A stretch of DNA of 64,000 bases from Anaeromyxobacteraceae bacterium (GTDB lineage Bacteria > Myxococcota > Myxococcia > Myxococcales > Anaeromyxobacteraceae). Position numbers and translations under genes: made by a program. The notes under the pieces are model-generated. The model worked only from the letters and a program-made list of their open reading frames with translations. It had not been told where the DNA came from and did not search any database. Location: contig JAULAX010000018.1 in assembly GCA_032654565.1 (NCBI GenBank), positions 64,001-128,000 of the forward strand, given 5' to 3'. Positions 29,279 through 39,026 of the stretch are shown here, piece by piece. Positions within the stretch are counted from its first letter, which is position 1; the number at the start of each line of letters is the position of its first letter.

Positions 29279-30151
29279 GTGAATTCAACGGTCTTGGTGA
29301 CAGGGGTGGGGGGGCCGGCAGGTCGGGCCGGCGCCGCCTATTTTGCGGGGCGGGGTTACCGGGTCGTCGGCACCGACGTCCGCGAGGTCGAGTCGCCCGC
29401 CACCGTCTTCCGCCGGGTGCCGCTGGCGCGCGACCCGGCCTACACCGCCGCGCTGGTCGACCTGGCCGTGGCCGAGGGGGCGGCGCTGGTGGTCCCCACG
29501 GTGAGCGAGGAGCTCCCGGTGGTGGCGCGGATCCGCCCGCTGCTGCGCAAGCGCGCCATCGCCGTGGCCACCTCCGAGTCCCTGGGCGTCGACGTCGCCA
29601 ACGACAAGCTGCTCACCGCCCGGGCGCTCATCAAGGCGGGCGTGGCCGCCCCGGCCACCTGCCCGGGGAGCCTGGCCGGCACCGAGGCGGCGCGGCAGCT
29701 CGGCCTGCCGCTGCTCTCCAAGCCCCGCTTCGGCCGGGGAGGGCGCGGGGTGCTGGTCCACCGCACCCTCGCCGACCTGGCGCGCGTCGGCGGCGACGAG
29801 GTGGTCTGGCAGGCCTTCCTGCCGGGCGAGGAGTTCGACGTGAACCTCTACCTGGAGCGCGACGGCCGGGCCCCCGCGGCGGTGGTCCTGCGCAAGACCG
29901 GGCTGAGGGAGGGGGAGGTGGGGAACGCCACCGGCGTCGAGCGGGTCGAACGCCCCGATCTCGCCGCCCTGGCCGTCGCCGCCGCCCGGGCCCTCTGGCT
30001 CGAGGGGCCGCTCGACGTCGACATCCGCATCGGCCGGGACGGCGCCGCCGCGGTGCTTGAGATCAACGCCCGCCTGGGCGCCAACGTGCTCACCGCGCGC
30101 GAGGTGCTGGACGCCCTCGACGACGCCTGGAGGAATGGACGATGCGCCTGA
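29279..30151 (+). CDS. ATP-grasp domain protein
   Basis: VLVTGVGG, ANDKLLT, KPRFGRGGRGV, QAFLPGEEFDV, LEINAR. Confidence 0.88.
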   Translation: MNSTVLVTGVGGPAGRAGAAYFAGRGYRVVGTDVREVESPATVFRRVPLARDPAYTAALVDLAVAEGAALVVPTVSEELPVVARIRPLLRKRAIAVATSESLGVDVANDKLLTARALIKAGVAAPATCPGSLAGTEAARQLGLPLLSKPRFGRGGRGVLVHRTLADLARVGGDEVVWQAFLPGEEFDVNLYLERDGRAPAAVVLRKTGLREGEVGNATGVERVERPDLAALAVAAARALWLEGPLDVDIRIGRDGAAAVLEINARLGANVLTAREVLDALDDAWRNGRCA

Positions 30152-31191
30152 CCCTCGCCGCCTGTGCCCTGCTGCTCCTCGCCGGCCCCGCCGCCGCCGC
30201 CGAGGACCTGGACAAGGGGCTGACCGCCCGCGCCTGGCTGGGCGGCACCGAGCCGGGCACCTCCAAGCAGGCGGTGGAGGCGCAGCTCGGCTACGCCGGG
30301 TTCGAGCGGCTGCAGCTGCAGGCCGGCGCCGGCTGGACCGACAACATCTTCTATTCGGCGTCCAAGGCCTACGCGACCGCCTACTTCGACTACGCGCCCG
30401 GCTCCTACCTGAAGGGCGATCTCTCGCTGCGCCGCTACCTCTACTCCGGCGCCAACCGGCCCACCCCCGACTCCAGCGCCTACGACCTGGTCCCGCGCGG
30501 CGAGGTGGAGGTCTCGCACCGCTTCGGCGAGGTGGTCCGCGCCGGGCTCGCCTACCAGCTCTTCGCCCCGGACTTCTTCTACGACCAGGCCACGCGCATC
30601 GTGAACCACAAGCTCACCGCCGAGGTGGAGCTCCAGCTGGGCCAGGGCTTCTCGGTGAGCGGCATGGCCGCCATGCTCATCGACCCCGACCCGGCCCGCA
30701 CCACCATCAAGGATCGGCCGCTGCCCGGCGCCGCCCCGGGGACCACCTGCACGCCGGGGGTGGCCGCGGCGGGCTGCGCGCTCACCACCCACGTCATCAC
30801 CCGCCAGGAGCTGCTGCTGGGCGCCGGCGGGGCCTACCGGACCGGGCTGTTCACCGCCAGCCTCCGCTACATCCCCAACCGCGACCTCGACTCCGGCTTC
30901 GCCTGGTCGATCCTCTCCGGGCTGGAGCTCCGGCCGGCCGACCGGATCGCCATCGACCTGCAGTGGATCCTCGACCGGTACGCCGCCGCCTCCGGCCCCA
31001 CCTTCGCCGGCAAGAACGGGCACATCGTCTGGGCGCGGGCCCGCTACCAGCTCACCCCGGCGCTGGCCCTGGGCGGCGGCCTCAAATACGTGAACAACCC
31101 CAGCCCGGCCAGCACCAGCGCCGCGGCCGGGTCTCGCGCCGACGCCACCCTGCTGCTCGACGTCGAGTGGCGCACCGGGCTGCTGCACTAG
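30142..31191 (+). CDS. Outer-membrane beta-barrel (putative polysaccharide export porin)
   Basis: Signal peptide; Tyr/Gly-rich alternating strands; operon context. Confidence 0.65.
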   Translation: MRLTLAACALLLLAGPAAAAEDLDKGLTARAWLGGTEPGTSKQAVEAQLGYAGFERLQLQAGAGWTDNIFYSASKAYATAYFDYAPGSYLKGDLSLRRYLYSGANRPTPDSSAYDLVPRGEVEVSHRFGEVVRAGLAYQLFAPDFFYDQATRIVNHKLTAEVELQLGQGFSVSGMAAMLIDPDPARTTIKDRPLPGAAPGTTCTPGVAAAGCALTTHVITRQELLLGAGGAYRTGLFTASLRYIPNRDLDSGFAWSILSGLELRPADRIAIDLQWILDRYAAASGPTFAGKNGHIVWARARYQLTPALALGGGLKYVNNPSPASTSAAAGSRADATLLLDVEWRTGLLH

Positions 31192-31199
31192 GGATCCCG

Positions 31200-33020
31200 G
31201 TGGCGCGCCGCCTCCCCCCCGCCGCGCTCCTCGCGGCCGTCCTGCTGGCCGCCGCCCCGGCCTCGGCCCAGCGTGGGACGCCCCGGGGGGCGGCCAGCGT
31301 CTCCACGCCCCCGCCGGAGGTCGGCACCTCGGCCGCCAAGGTGGAGGGGCTGCGCCGCTACGGGCGCACCCTCACGCAGGCGCGCCGGTTCGACGACGCC
31401 ATCCGCGCCTACCAGCGGCTCCTGGCCTTCGTCCCCGGGGACGTCGAGACGCTGGGACAGCTCGGCCAGCTGCTGGCCTGGGGTGGGCGCTACGACGAGG
31501 CCATCGTCCACTACCGCGAGGCCCTGGCGCGTCGCCCGGCCGACGCCGCGCTCCAGAGCGATCTCGCCGACACGCTCACCTTCGCCAAGCGGTTCGACGA
31601 GGCGGAGCGGCTCTACGGGGAGGTGCTGGGGAAGCGGCCGGACTACCACGAGGCGCTCAAGGGGCTGGCCCGGGTGCGCCTGCTGCGCGGCGACGCCGAC
31701 GGGGCGGCCCCGGTGCTGGAGCGGGCGCTCCGGCTCTACCCCCGGGACGTCGACCTCTACCGCGACCAGGCCCGCCTCCTCTCCCAGCAGGGGAAGCTGG
31801 ACGCGGCGCTCCGGGCGATCCAGTCGGCGGCCCTGCTGGCCCCAGGGGACCTCGAGGTGCGCCGCCTGCTGGCCGAGACCCAGCAGCGGCGCCAGGACTG
31901 GCCGGCCGCGGTCGAGGCCTGGTCGGAGGTGGTCCGGCTCGACCCGGAGTCGGCCCAGGCCCAGGTGGCGCTGGGGCGGGCCTACCTGGCGCAAGGCCGG
32001 CTGCCGGCGGCGCGGGAGCACGCCCTGCTGGCGGAGCGCATGAGCCCCAGCGACGAGGGGGCGCGCCAGCTCACCGCGGCGCTCGACAAGGAGGGGAGCC
32101 TGGGGCCGCTGCGGACCACCGCGGAGTGGGCCGAGCTGCTGGTGCACGCCGCCCTGCTGCCGCTCCTGCTGGTGGTCTCCGGGCGGATCCGCCGCGGGCT
32201 GCGCCGCCGCCCCTGGGCGCGCCTGCTCGCCGTCTGGGTGGTGCCGGCGGCGGTGGTGGTCAACCTGCTCTCCTACCTGCTGGCTCCCTGGCTGGCCCGG
32301 CGGATCGACCCGCGCATCTTCGAGGCCGGCACCGAGGTGCTGATCATCACCGGGTTGGCGGTGGCGGTGCTGACCCTGCTGCGTCGCGAGCCGACCGAGC
32401 GCGAGTTCGCCGGGCAGGTGGTGCTGGCGCTGGGCGCCCACCCCGACGACATCGAGCTGGGCTGCGCCGGCTTCATCCTCAAGCTCAAGGCCAGCGGCGC
32501 CCAGGTCCACGGCCTGACCCTGACCCGCGGCGAGCGCGGCACCGACCAGCCCGGGGTCAGGCCCGGGGAGAGCGCCCGGGCCGGACGCTACCTGGAGCTC
32601 GACGGCCACGAGGTGCTCGACCTCCCCGACGCCGGGCTCCAGGACCGGGTGGGGGACGTCAAGGCGGCCATCGAGGCCAGGGTGAAGGCGCTGCGCCCCA
32701 CCATCGTGCTCACCCACAGTGACGTGGACGTCCACGGCGACCACCGGGCGGTCCACGCCGCCACCCGCGAGGCGGCCCGCGGCGTCCCCACCGTGCTCTG
32801 CTACGAGGACGTCTCCACCACCGAGCGCTTCCAGCCCAACCTGTTCGTGGACATCAGCCACTACCTGGAGGACCATCTCCGCGTCTGCGCCCTGCACGCC
32901 ACCCAGGCCCACCGGGCCTACATGGATCCCGAGGTGATCAAGGGACGGGCCGCCCACCGCGGCCTCCAGGCCGGCGCCCGGTACGCGCTGGCCTTCCGCT
33001 CCCTGGTGCTGGTGCGCTGA
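31200..33020 (+). CDS. TPR repeats + 3 TM + PIG-L family deacetylase fusion
   Basis: Signal peptide, multiple TPRs, hydrophobic helices, AHPDDIE and HGDH PIG-L motifs. Confidence 0.85.
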   Translation: MARRLPPAALLAAVLLAAAPASAQRGTPRGAASVSTPPPEVGTSAAKVEGLRRYGRTLTQARRFDDAIRAYQRLLAFVPGDVETLGQLGQLLAWGGRYDEAIVHYREALARRPADAALQSDLADTLTFAKRFDEAERLYGEVLGKRPDYHEALKGLARVRLLRGDADGAAPVLERALRLYPRDVDLYRDQARLLSQQGKLDAALRAIQSAALLAPGDLEVRRLLAETQQRRQDWPAAVEAWSEVVRLDPESAQAQVALGRAYLAQGRLPAAREHALLAERMSPSDEGARQLTAALDKEGSLGPLRTTAEWAELLVHAALLPLLLVVSGRIRRGLRRRPWARLLAVWVVPAAVVVNLLSYLLAPWLARRIDPRIFEAGTEVLIITGLAVAVLTLLRREPTEREFAGQVVLALGAHPDDIELGCAGFILKLKASGAQVHGLTLTRGERGTDQPGVRPGESARAGRYLELDGHEVLDLPDAGLQDRVGDVKAAIEARVKALRPTIVLTHSDVDVHGDHRAVHAATREAARGVPTVLCYEDVSTTERFQPNLFVDISHYLEDHLRVCALHATQAHRAYMDPEVIKGRAAHRGLQAGARYALAFRSLVLVR

Positions 33021-33024
33021 AGTT

Positions 33025-35409
33025 ATGACCGCCCTGCACGCCGTCTTCTGGGCCTTCGGCCTGACGGTCTTCGTCCTCGGGCTCCAGGGGGCGGTCTACT
33101 TCCCGCTCACCCTGGCCTACGAGGCCTGGAAGCGGCGGACCCTGCGCCGCCTGGCCCCGTTCACCGGGCGGGTCAGCGTGGTGGTCCCGGCCTTCAACGA
33201 GGCCCGCACCATCCGGGTCAGCGTCGAGACGGTGCTGGAGTCGAGCTGGCCCGGCCTCGAGGTGATCGTGGTCGACGACGGCTCGACCGACGGCACCGCC
33301 GAGCAGGTGCAGCCCCTGGCCGACGCCGGCCGCATCCGGCTGCTCCGCCAGGCCAACGCCGGCAAGGCCCGCGCCCTCAACGCCGGCATCGCCGTCGCCA
33401 CCGGCGAGGTGGTGGTCTACACCGACGCCGACAGCCTCTTCCTGCGCGACACCGTGGCCCTCCTGGTGCGCTGGTTCGCCGACCCGGCCATCGACGCCGT
33501 CTGCGGCAACGACGCCCCGCTGCGGGCCGGCACCGCGCTGCAGAAGCTCCTGGTGGTCACCACCCACATCGGCACCGGCTACGTGCGGCGGGCGCTCTCG
33601 ATGCTCCGCTGCCTGCCCATCATCTCCGGGAACCTCGGCGCCATCCGCCGGCGGGTGCTCGACGAGGTGGGCGGCTTCGAGCCGATCTGGGGCGAGGACC
33701 TGGAGCTCACCTGGCGGCTCCAGCTGGCCGGCAAGCGGATCGTCTTCGACCCCGAGCCGGTGGTGCTGGCCGACTGCCCGGCCACCCTGGGCGGGCTCTG
33801 GCGGCAGCGGGTCCGCTGGGTGCGCAGCTACCTCAAGATCGCCCGGCGCTACCGGGGGCGGTTCCTGGCGCGCGACGCCTGGCCCTTCTCGCTCTACCTG
33901 CCCCTCAACTTCGCCAACATGGCGCTGGTGCCGCTGCTGCAGACCGGCCTGCTGCTGCTGCTGCCCCTGGCCCTGTCGCGGGGCTGGCTCGCCCTCCACG
34001 GCCCGTGGGAGCTGGCCGCCTGGCTGGGGCTGGTCTTCTTCTTCGCGGTGGCGGTCTACGCCATCCTCCTCGACCGGGAGTGGCGCGACCTGGCCTACCT
34101 GCCCTGGGGCCTGCTGATCCTGCCGGTGTCGTACGTCCTGAACGCCGTCGTCATCTACTCATGGTGGAAAGAGATGAATCGAGCCGAGGAGAAGTGGGAG
34201 AAGCTGGGGCGCCTCGAGGCGACGACGGGCGCGGGGCGGCGGCCCTGGGGATCGTGGCTGGCGCTGGCGGTCATGCTGGGGACGGTGGCGGGCGCGCTGG
34301 CCCTCCTGCAGTCGCAGCGTCCGGCCCCGGCGACGGTGGTGGGCGCCGGCGGGACCCCGCTGGCCTGGGCCGGGAGCGGCGTGGCCCGGCCGGTCTTCTC
34401 GCTCGGGCTCTCCACCCACTTCAACCCCTACGGTGACTGGAACGACGCCGTCCGCAGCGTGCTGGCGCGACCCCTGGTGGGGCTGGGCCGGGTGGTCGGG
34501 GTGGAGGCGGGCCGCGCCGAGTGGACCTACTTCCGCTGGGCCGGGCAGGAGGCGCGCTGGTCGAACCACCAGAAGGGGGCCAGCGAGGACCTGCTGGCCA
34601 CCGCGGCCGCCGCGCTGCGGGCCCGGGGCTTCCAGGTGGCCGCCTACGTCGATCTCTACGCCCCCACCTGGATCGCCGCCCACCCCGGGAGCGCCGCCAT
34701 CCTCGCCGACGGGACGCCCCACCCCGAGCAGGTCAGCCTCGCCGAGCTGGCCGACGGGCCCTTCGGGGCCCTGGTGGTCCAGATGGTGGAGGAGCTCGCC
34801 CGCACCCAGGCGGTCGACGCCATCGACCTCACCGAGGCGGCCTACCGCCAGACCTCCTTCGGTCCGGCCGACCTCGCCTCCTTCCGCACCATCAGCGGGC
34901 GGCCCGACTGGCCCCGCGACTGGCGCGGCCGGCCCGACGTGGAGGACCCTGCGGTCTGGGCCTGGAAGTCGGCGCTGATGGAGCGCTTCGTGCAGCGCGC
35001 CGCCGAGGCGGCCCACCGCCACGGCAAGCAGCTCTGGATGGACGTGGCGGCCAGCTGGAAGGACCTGAAGCGGGACGGCCGCGACCACGGCCACGACTAC
35101 GCGCTCCTGCTGCGCCACGCCGACCGGCTGGTGGTCTGGAACTACCACTGGCTGGAGGGGCTCCCGGCCACGGCCTCGACCGAGCTGGCCCGGCGGCTGG
35201 CGGCGACGCTCCCGGCCGGACGCTGGAGCATGTCGGTGGGGCTGTGGGGGCCGGAGGGGAAGGCCATCACCCCGGCGCAGCTGGGCCAGACCCTGGCGGC
35301 GTCGCTGGAGGGCGGGGCCCGCGACCTCTGGGTCACCCCCAACGACCAGGTCACCGACGCCCACTGGAACGCCCTGCTGCAGGCCTGGCTGGCGCCGGCC
35401 CCGCGCTGA
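33025..35409 (+). CDS. Processive GT2 glycosyltransferase fused to a glycoside-hydrolase-like TIM barrel
   Basis: VPAFNE, VDDGSTD, GKARALN, DAD, GED, QRVRW; C-terminal domain with VDAIDLTE and LWMDV. Confidence 0.85.
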   Translation: MTALHAVFWAFGLTVFVLGLQGAVYFPLTLAYEAWKRRTLRRLAPFTGRVSVVVPAFNEARTIRVSVETVLESSWPGLEVIVVDDGSTDGTAEQVQPLADAGRIRLLRQANAGKARALNAGIAVATGEVVVYTDADSLFLRDTVALLVRWFADPAIDAVCGNDAPLRAGTALQKLLVVTTHIGTGYVRRALSMLRCLPIISGNLGAIRRRVLDEVGGFEPIWGEDLELTWRLQLAGKRIVFDPEPVVLADCPATLGGLWRQRVRWVRSYLKIARRYRGRFLARDAWPFSLYLPLNFANMALVPLLQTGLLLLLPLALSRGWLALHGPWELAAWLGLVFFFAVAVYAILLDREWRDLAYLPWGLLILPVSYVLNAVVIYSWWKEMNRAEEKWEKLGRLEATTGAGRRPWGSWLALAVMLGTVAGALALLQSQRPAPATVVGAGGTPLAWAGSGVARPVFSLGLSTHFNPYGDWNDAVRSVLARPLVGLGRVVGVEAGRAEWTYFRWAGQEARWSNHQKGASEDLLATAAAALRARGFQVAAYVDLYAPTWIAAHPGSAAILADGTPHPEQVSLAELADGPFGALVVQMVEELARTQAVDAIDLTEAAYRQTSFGPADLASFRTISGRPDWPRDWRGRPDVEDPAVWAWKSALMERFVQRAAEAAHRHGKQLWMDVAASWKDLKRDGRDHGHDYALLLRHADRLVVWNYHWLEGLPATASTELARRLAATLPAGRWSMSVGLWGPEGKAITPAQLGQTLAASLEGGARDLWVTPNDQVTDAHWNALLQAWLAPAPR

Positions 35410-35460
35410 GTCAGCCCAGCGCCAGGCAGGCGCAGCCGCTCCCGGCCCGCGGCGCCGCGG

Positions 35461-36237
35461 TCAGGAGAGCGCCCGCCAGAGCAGCCCCACCGCCACGGTG
35501 AGCTGGAAGACCGCGAAGCCGCGCACCAGCGTCGGGCCGGCCACCCGGCGCGTCACCCGGGCGCCGACGGCACCGCCCAGCAGGAAGCCGCCGGCCACGC
35601 AGCCGACCACCAGCCAGGGCAAGCCGCCCTGGGCGCGGGCGTAGACCAGCACGCCGGGCAGGCCGACCGGCGGCAGCATCACCGCCAGGCTGGTCCCCTG
35701 GGCCTCGTGCTGCCGGAGGCCAAGCACCGCCACCAGCAGCGGGATCATCAGCACCGCGCCGCCGATGCCGAGCAGCCCGGAGGAGGCCCCGCCGAGCGCG
35801 CCGATCCAGAGGGCGTGGACCAGCGCCACCCGGGAGGGCGCCGCCGGCGCCGGCGCGGGCCCATCGCCCGGGGCCCGCTCCGCCGCCCGCCAGTTGCGGA
35901 TCGCCAGCGCCACCAGGAAGAGCACGAAGCCGAGCCGCAGCGGCCGCTCCGCCACCGCGGTGGCCGCCAGCGACCCCAGCCAGACGCCGCCGAGGAAGCC
36001 GGCCACCAGCGGGGTCACCAGCCGCCAGCGGACCTGGCCGGCCCGGTGGTACTCCACCACCGCCGCCAGGCCGACCGGCAGGAGCAGGATGGCCAGCGTC
36101 ATCCCCTGGGCGTCGTGCTGGCCCAGCCCCAGCAGCAGCGCCAGCAGCGGCACCAGCACCACCCCGCCGCCGATGCCGAAGACCCCGGAGAGCAGGCCGG
36201 CCACCAGCCCGGCCAGCGAGCTCAGGATCCAGGTCAC
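35461..36237 (-). CDS. TSUP/TauE-SafE sulfite exporter family membrane protein
   Basis: Two repeats GVFGIGGGVVLVP / GLLGIGGAVLMIP; AQGTSLA. Confidence 0.9.
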   Translation of the reverse strand: MTWILSSLAGLVAGLLSGVFGIGGGVVLVPLLALLLGLGQHDAQGMTLAILLLPVGLAAVVEYHRAGQVRWRLVTPLVAGFLGGVWLGSLAATAVAERPLRLGFVLFLVALAIRNWRAAERAPGDGPAPAPAAPSRVALVHALWIGALGGASSGLLGIGGAVLMIPLLVAVLGLRQHEAQGTSLAVMLPPVGLPGVLVYARAQGGLPWLVVGCVAGGFLLGGAVGARVTRRVAGPTLVRGFAVFQLTVAVGLLWRALS

Positions 36238-37283
36238 GGTCCGTGCCCGAGCACGCGCAGGACCTCGGCGGCGCTCCCGTAGCGCGCCTCGGGGAGCTTG
36301 GCCAGGCAGGTCTCGGCCACCGCCGCCAGGGCCGGGTCGACGCCCGGGTTGAGCGAGGCCAGCGGGGGCGGGTCGTCGTGGAGGATCTGCTGCCAGAGCG
36401 TGGCCGGGTCGCTGGTGGTGAAGGGCGGCGCGGCGCTGAGCAGCTCGTAGAGGATGACGCCCAGGCTGTAGAGGTCGCTGCGCGAGTCGACCAGGTGGCC
36501 CTGGGCCTGCTCCGGCGACATGTAGCGGTAGGTGCCGACCACCCGCCCGGCGCCGGTGAGCGGCTCGGAGCCGTCGTCGTGCTTGACCAGGCCGAAGTCC
36601 ATGAGCCGGGCGGTGCGGTGGTCGTCCACCATGATGTTGGAGGGCTTGAGGTCGCGGTGGACCAGCTGGTGGCGGTGGATGTAGTCGAGCCCGGCCAGCA
36701 CCTGGCGCAGCGCCGCCGAGAGCCGCTCCATGCGGCGCGGCCGGTTGAGGGCGGCGGCCAGGTCCAGGGAGAGCGGCGCCCGGGGCGTCGGCCGGATCCC
36801 GCCGGCCCGCTCCGGGGGCGGCGGCGGGATGCCGTCGGGGGCCGTCTCCGGCTCCTCCATCATGGTGGCCAGCGCCCGGATGGCTTCGGCGCCCAGCTCC
36901 CCGGGATCGCCGAAGCAGCCGGAGACGGTGAGCAGCGAGGCGTCGGCGCTGGGCGGCCGCAGGGTTCGCGGCTCGTCGATGGCCGGCGAGAGGAAGGCCC
37001 GCAGGTCGAGCCCCTCCACCAGCTCCATGGCCAGGTAGGAGTACCCCTCGTGGACCCCGGCCTCGTAGACGCGGACCACGTTGGGGTGGTCGAGCCTGCG
37101 CAGCACCTCGAACTCGCGGGCCAGCCGGCGGGCGGCGCGGGCGTCCACCAGGGGGGCGGGCCCGAGCAGCTTGAGGGCTGCCAGCCGCCGGGTGGTCCGG
37201 TGGATGCTCTTGTAGACCACGCCGACGCCACCCCGGCCGATGACCGAGATCAGCTCCCACGGGCCGATGAAGTGAGGGACCAC
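36234..37283 (-). CDS. Eukaryote-like Ser/Thr protein kinase
   Basis: GRGGVG, ALK, HRDLKPSN, DFG, YMSPE, DLYSLG; start uncertain. Confidence 0.92.
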   Translation of the reverse strand: MVPHFIGPWELISVIGRGGVGVVYKSIHRTTRRLAALKLLGPAPLVDARAARRLAREFEVLRRLDHPNVVRVYEAGVHEGYSYLAMELVEGLDLRAFLSPAIDEPRTLRPPSADASLLTVSGCFGDPGELGAEAIRALATMMEEPETAPDGIPPPPPERAGGIRPTPRAPLSLDLAAALNRPRRMERLSAALRQVLAGLDYIHRHQLVHRDLKPSNIMVDDHRTARLMDFGLVKHDDGSEPLTGAGRVVGTYRYMSPEQAQGHLVDSRSDLYSLGVILYELLSAAPPFTTSDPATLWQQILHDDPPPLASLNPGVDPALAAVAETCLAKLPEARYGSAAEVLRVLGHGP

Positions 37284-37363
37284 GGCGTGAGCATAGAAAC
37301 GGCACGCTCCACCGGTCAAACAGCCGGACCATGGCGGGGGTGGTCCCGTGCTATAGACCGCAC

Positions 37364-38122
37364 GTGCCGGGACCGTCCGACACCCCTGAGTTGGAGGCGC
37401 GCGTCCGCGCCCGGCCGCTGCCCCGCCACGTCGCCATCATCATGGATGGCAACGGGCGCTGGGCGCAGGGTCGTGGGCTGCCGCGCGTGGCCGGCCACCG
37501 CGAGGGGGCCGCCGCGGTCCGCGCCGTGACCCGCGCCGCCCGCCGGCTCGGCCTCGAGGCCCTCACCCTCTACGCCTTCTCCATGCAGAACTGGTCGCGC
37601 CCGGCCGACGAGGTCGAGGCGCTGATGATGCTGCTGGTCGAATTCCTCGAGAAGGAGCAGCAGGAGCTGCTCACCAACGGCATCCGGCTCAACGCCATCG
37701 GCGACCTGGCCCGGCTGCCGGCCGAGGTGGGCTCGCGGCTGGCGGCGGTGCGCCAGGCCACCGCCGGCGCGACCGGGATGGTGCTGACGCTGGCGCTCTC
37801 CTACGGCGGTCGCGAGGAGCTGGTCCACGCCGCCCAGGTGGCGGCAGGGCGCGGCGGGCCCATCGACGAGGCGGCGCTGGAGGCCGGGCTCTGGACCCAC
37901 GGCCTGCCCGACCTCGACCTGCTGGTGCGGACCAGCGGCGAGCGGCGCATCTCCAACTTCCTGCTCTGGCAGGCCGCCTACGCCGAGCTCTACTTCACCG
38001 ACACCCACTGGCCGGCCTTCGACGAGCGCGAGCTGCTGCTGGCGGTGGCCGACTTCCAGGCGCGGCAGCGCCGCTTCGGTCTCACCGGCGAGCAGGTCGC
38101 CTCGAAGGGCGGGCGGGAATGA
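37364..38122 (+). CDS. uppS: Undecaprenyl diphosphate synthase
   Basis: HVAIIMDGNGRW, YAFS.QNW.RP, RTSGERRISNFLLWQ. Confidence 0.96.
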   Translation: MPGPSDTPELEARVRARPLPRHVAIIMDGNGRWAQGRGLPRVAGHREGAAAVRAVTRAARRLGLEALTLYAFSMQNWSRPADEVEALMMLLVEFLEKEQQELLTNGIRLNAIGDLARLPAEVGSRLAAVRQATAGATGMVLTLALSYGGREELVHAAQVAAGRGGPIDEAALEAGLWTHGLPDLDLLVRTSGERRISNFLLWQAAYAELYFTDTHWPAFDERELLLAVADFQARQRRFGLTGEQVASKGGRE

Positions 38123-38949
38123 AGACCATGGACGCCGGCAACCGCCGCAACCTCTTCGAGCGGGCCATCTCGGCGCTGGTGCTGCTCCCGGTGGCCATCT
38201 GGCTCACCTGGCTGGGCGGCTGGCCCTTCGCCGGGCTGGTGGCGGTGGCCGCCGGCCTGTGCGCGGTGGAGCTGCTGCTGATGTTCGGGCCGCTCAAGCT
38301 GGCCGAGTGGTACGGGGTGCTGATCGCCGGCGCCATCCCGCTGCTGGCGGCGCTCCACCGCGGCCGGGCGCTGCTCCCCGACTGGGCCCCGCTGGGGGTG
38401 GCCTTCGCCACCCTGGCGCTGCTCGGCCTGCTGCTCTTCACCCACGACACCCAGGCCGAGGTGCCGGCCCGGGCCGGCCGGATCACCCTGGCCTGGCTCT
38501 ACTTCGGCCTGCTGGCCTCGATGCTGGTCGGCCTGCGGGTGCAGGGCGGTACCGCCTGGGTGGTGCTGGCCTTCGTGGTCACCTGGGCCAACGACACCTT
38601 CGCCTACTTCGCAGGGATGTTCTTCGGCAAGCACCTGCTCTACGAGAAGGTGAGCCCGAAGAAGACCTGGGAGGGGTTCGCCGGCGGCGCCGCCGGGAGC
38701 GTCGTCGGCGCCCTGGTGGTCCGGGCCACGCTGCTGCCGGAGCTCCCGGTGACCCTGGCCATCCTGCTCGGCGCCGGGGCCGCGGTGCTCGGGCCCATGG
38801 GCGACTTCACCGAGTCGCTGCTGAAGCGGTCGGCCGGCGTCAAGGACTCGGGCAAGCTCATCCCCGGCCATGGCGGGCTGCTCGACCGGATCGACGCGCT
38901 GCTCTTCGTGGTCCCCTGGGTCTACCTGTTCGTGCGCTGGCTCGCGTAG
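38119..38949 (+). CDS. cdsA: Phosphatidate cytidylyltransferase
   Basis: SPKKTWEG, KDSGKLIPGHGGLLDRID. Confidence 0.96.
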   Translation: MKTMDAGNRRNLFERAISALVLLPVAIWLTWLGGWPFAGLVAVAAGLCAVELLLMFGPLKLAEWYGVLIAGAIPLLAALHRGRALLPDWAPLGVAFATLALLGLLLFTHDTQAEVPARAGRITLAWLYFGLLASMLVGLRVQGGTAWVVLAFVVTWANDTFAYFAGMFFGKHLLYEKVSPKKTWEGFAGGAAGSVVGALVVRATLLPELPVTLAILLGAGAAVLGPMGDFTESLLKRSAGVKDSGKLIPGHGGLLDRIDALLFVVPWVYLFVRWLA

Positions 38950-39026
38950 AGCTCGCCGGCTGGCCTGGCGGCAGGGGCCCGCCGGTGGTTGAGCCGGGCC
39001 CGTTCCGCGTGATAGGGTCCGGCCCC

